Shown: positions 61,188 to 64,000 of the stretch, in pieces
How the letters are laid out: the number at the start of each line of letters is the position of its first letter
How positions within the stretch are numbered: position 1 is the first letter of the stretch
DNA from: Macrostomum lignano
Taxonomy: Eukaryota
Direction: 5' to 3'
Length of the DNA: 64,000 nt
NCBI GenBank assembly: GCA_002269645.1
Contig: NIVC01002219.1
Span: 1 to 64,000, forward strand
Notes under the pieces: model-generated
Seen by the model: the letters and a program-made list of their open reading frames with translations, nothing else
Databases searched by the model: none
Told to the model about the DNA's origin: nothing
Position numbers and translations under genes: made by a program

Positions 61188-62939
61188 CTTTCGTCGCAGA
61201 CAATAAGGTTCCATGTTCGGTTGATTAGACTTTTGTTATTCCTTTTCCGTTGGGTCAGTTGCATTGGGAGAATTTAATATACAGTCACCGTCGAATCAAT
61301 TTCATGACTGGATAGATTGTTTGAAACGGTCAGAAATATTAAATATATGCTCGACGTAGTAGCCTTTGATACAATTGTATCAAGTTGCTGGTAAGTGAGA
61401 ACTTCTGCATTTCGCTGAACCTTGAGCCGCTGTATAACGTCGTTATCTGTCGGCATTTGTAAAAATACCCATTTGCCAGCGACGAGCCGGCGGACGTCAA
61501 TTACGTCAAAATGTTGCTCGAAGGAGTGAAAAGGGAAAAATTACCGACCAACCTGACACAGCTTTTATGCAGAACAGAATTCCTTGGGAATTTTTGTTGG
61601 AAAATTAAAAACCTCTTTTGGAGGCCAACAAAATATTTTCGCGTGAACTGGGAAATTCATTGATGCAGGAAGCTTTCAGTGAAAAAGTGGTAAAAATGTT
61701 TCAACTCTTAGCACGGCAGCAGCTTTGCTTCACTAGATGATGCGTTGCTGTTGTAGTTCCCGATTGCCAAATTTCAGCTAAGGCTTCAGGCGTTCTGATT
61801 TTTCAGCCTATTGTTTCAGTTGACTGCAGTTTGAAGGATTTCAGTGGGAGTTTTCAGCAGCATCCACGCAAACTGTCAAGTTGAATGTTTTTCTACAATA
61901 GCATAGAACAATACAATAAATCAATCGGATGTCAATATGGTGACAACCCAATCGTGACAAGCAGCGATAATGCTACTTCTGCACACTTGTGTGTGTGTCT
62001 GTCCATATGACTAGGTACAATTCCACGCGCTTGTCTGCCTGCGCAGGGGAGTCGGCGGAATGGGAAAATGCAAGCACCCTGCTTCTAATAAAAAGCGGCC
62101 GTCGATCAGGGAGATTTTTTCTTTGGCAAAGCGATTTACTTCATAGAGCACTTCATAGCTTGTTTGATTACTACCAAGAAGATATATAGTTCGTCTTTTC
62201 TGCATTGGTAAACATTTCTGCAGAGCGTCGCTTTTGTGAAATGAAATCACACTACTGCCATAAGCATGCAGACTTTGCAGCGCTTATCTCGAACCTGACA
62301 CGCAGCCGATTCAAGAAATTTTATTCTTTTCTTTGTTGCCTCCCAAGCAGATTGCTAGTTTAAAACTAAAAACTGAAAACTTTCTATCTTACTAATGCAA
62401 GGTCGGCCAACTCCGGGCTGCAAAGCTTCTCTATATCCGGCCCTCGGCTCTTTGAAATTTCACAATAGCAATCCGGCCCGGTTCTCTGTCTTCTTTTCTT
62501 TGTTTTCCTATTTCCTCTTCTGCTTCTTCTGTTTCTGTTGTCGGGGATCCACAGTGAGAAATATGAGCTAAATGCTATTCACCATGCTGTTTGAAGATGT
62601 CCCAGGCTACATCGAGAGTTTTACTTGGATCTTAGTGACATAACGGGGCGATATTTGGTTGAAAGTACATGCACGGATCTAAGGACGCTCTAGCTGGGAC
62701 CAATTTGACCCTATCTGATATCAGATGCATGTACTTTTGAAGCTGACTTGTGTATGCATTTCTGAAATGAAATCTACAGAGCACGACTCTCCGAAACTGA
62801 AATCTCCGGAACTGGAAGCATAAAGCCAAAAATCATACATCCATGCTACCACGGAGGCACGGCTTTCAGAGCACGGAAGATAAACATGGCTTGTTCGAAT
62901 TAAACTCACTTATTAGATGATGCTCGAGTAGTGGCTGTT

Positions 62940-63167
62940 TCAGACGTTTTTGTTATCCACAAAGTACTCATACTGAGCGGCCGTGGCCAGATAGCAAGTG
63001 CCGTCTCGCTTGAACACGGCGGTGCAGTTGGGTCGCACTGCGCACTCCACCGAGCAGGCGCGAGGGTCTCGAACCCCGTTGACCTGCGACAGGCCGGTCA
63101 CGTTTCCGGGGCAACCGGAGCCGACGCAGAGTCGGTAGGAGACGCTGGCCTGCGACGATGGCTTCAT
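62940..63167 (-). pseudogene. PAN-family copy 13 (duplicate of copy 7)
   Basis: Translation identical to that of 39644-39871. Confidence 0.7.
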
Positions 63168-64000
63168 GCCAGTACAAGTAGTTAAGCAATTTTTTGATAC
63201 TTAACGTTATTGAACGGAAAAACGTATTATGAATTATTTTCTTCCGAAAGGTAATTCAGACTTTGCCTTTAAAACAAGCTTACTAAAGCGAGTTGTATCA
63301 AATATTCGACAGGTCGAAATGTCATGTTAGTTTTTTGAGCTCCCTAAATGTAGCCCAATCTTGGTAAAACAAAATCATGTCATCCACTTTTCCGTACAGC
63401 AACCTGACGACATTGACGTCGATGAAAAATATGTACTCTTACATTACATCGACGGATAGCAACATCACACGTCATACGATAGAAATTTTCTTCTAGCAGC
63501 TTTTTGTCAATGGTTTGGCAAAGCAAATGAGGAATCATCACAAAAAGAAAGTTTATGCAATTCTGAGATTTCGCCAAAAATAAAATTTCTACTAGCTTGT
63601 ATTTTTCTTTTAAAACAATCTATGTCAATTTCTGCTTCTGTTGCTGTTACTTGCTTACACATTGAAACCAAATCAGGGGCACGAAATTCTTGCAAAAAAG
63701 TTGTTTGTTAGTTTCAAGAGCAAGTCTCCAAATTTCCAAGTTTTTGTTGCTAGGGTATTGGCTTTGTTTTAATGCTTTTATCTGTAAGCAAGTGGAAACA
63801 ATGGAAACCCAATGTATGTTTGCAAATTGACATGCGCCACTGGTCACGCCTCTCTAAGCAAGCAGAAAATGATGCGCTCCAATCCTACAGTGTGACAGTT
63901 GTGACAATGCTGCACAGGCACATAGCAGCATCCGTGAACAAAAATACATTTCGAAGCTTAGAGAGGAATGCCTGACAACGCTGCAAACAAGTTTCGCTCA

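Larger units (their letters stand above)
56712..64000 (+). repeat. Segmental duplication copy B (runs off the window); contains the empty Gypsy target site at 58935-58945
   Basis: Colinear with 30636-40527; TTTACACTACATATACAAATC is uninterrupted here. Confidence 0.92.

Overview
Eukaryotic (invertebrate-type) genomic DNA, rich in repeats, with spliced genes and short introns; the host cannot be identified from the sequence alone. (1) 1-10548 is the right part of a Polinton/Maverick (adintovirus-like) endogenous element: protein-primed PolB, adenain-type protease, A32-type packaging ATPase, major and minor capsid genes, several accessory ORFs and an AGTAG-type terminus. It appears to be inserted into the gag gene of (2) a decayed Ty3/Gypsy retrotransposon at 10549-~13870. 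(3) 15.1-64 kb is a cluster of 13 copies or fragments of one exon encoding a signal peptide plus a PAN/Apple-like domain. These exons are spliced to Thr/Ala-rich mucin-like linkers ending either in a chitin-binding type-2 (CBM14)-like domain or in a short amphipathic tail. The cluster includes intact genes, pseudogenes, a ~10 kb segmental duplication and a pseudogene whose linker has expanded into a 3.6 kb higher-order satellite. (4) A young, internally deleted Gypsy element at 32736-35270 has identical LTRs, an 11-bp target-site duplication and a 52-nt copy of the 3' half of mature tRNA-Ser in place of a normal primer-binding site (PBS). (5) A 4-exon gene at 53325-54825 encodes a secreted protein with a PAN domain and an ALK/LTK-like glycine-rich domain. 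(6) The rest includes a CORE-like SINE and many micro- and minisatellites. All gene models, frameshifts and family assignments were made by eye, without database searches.
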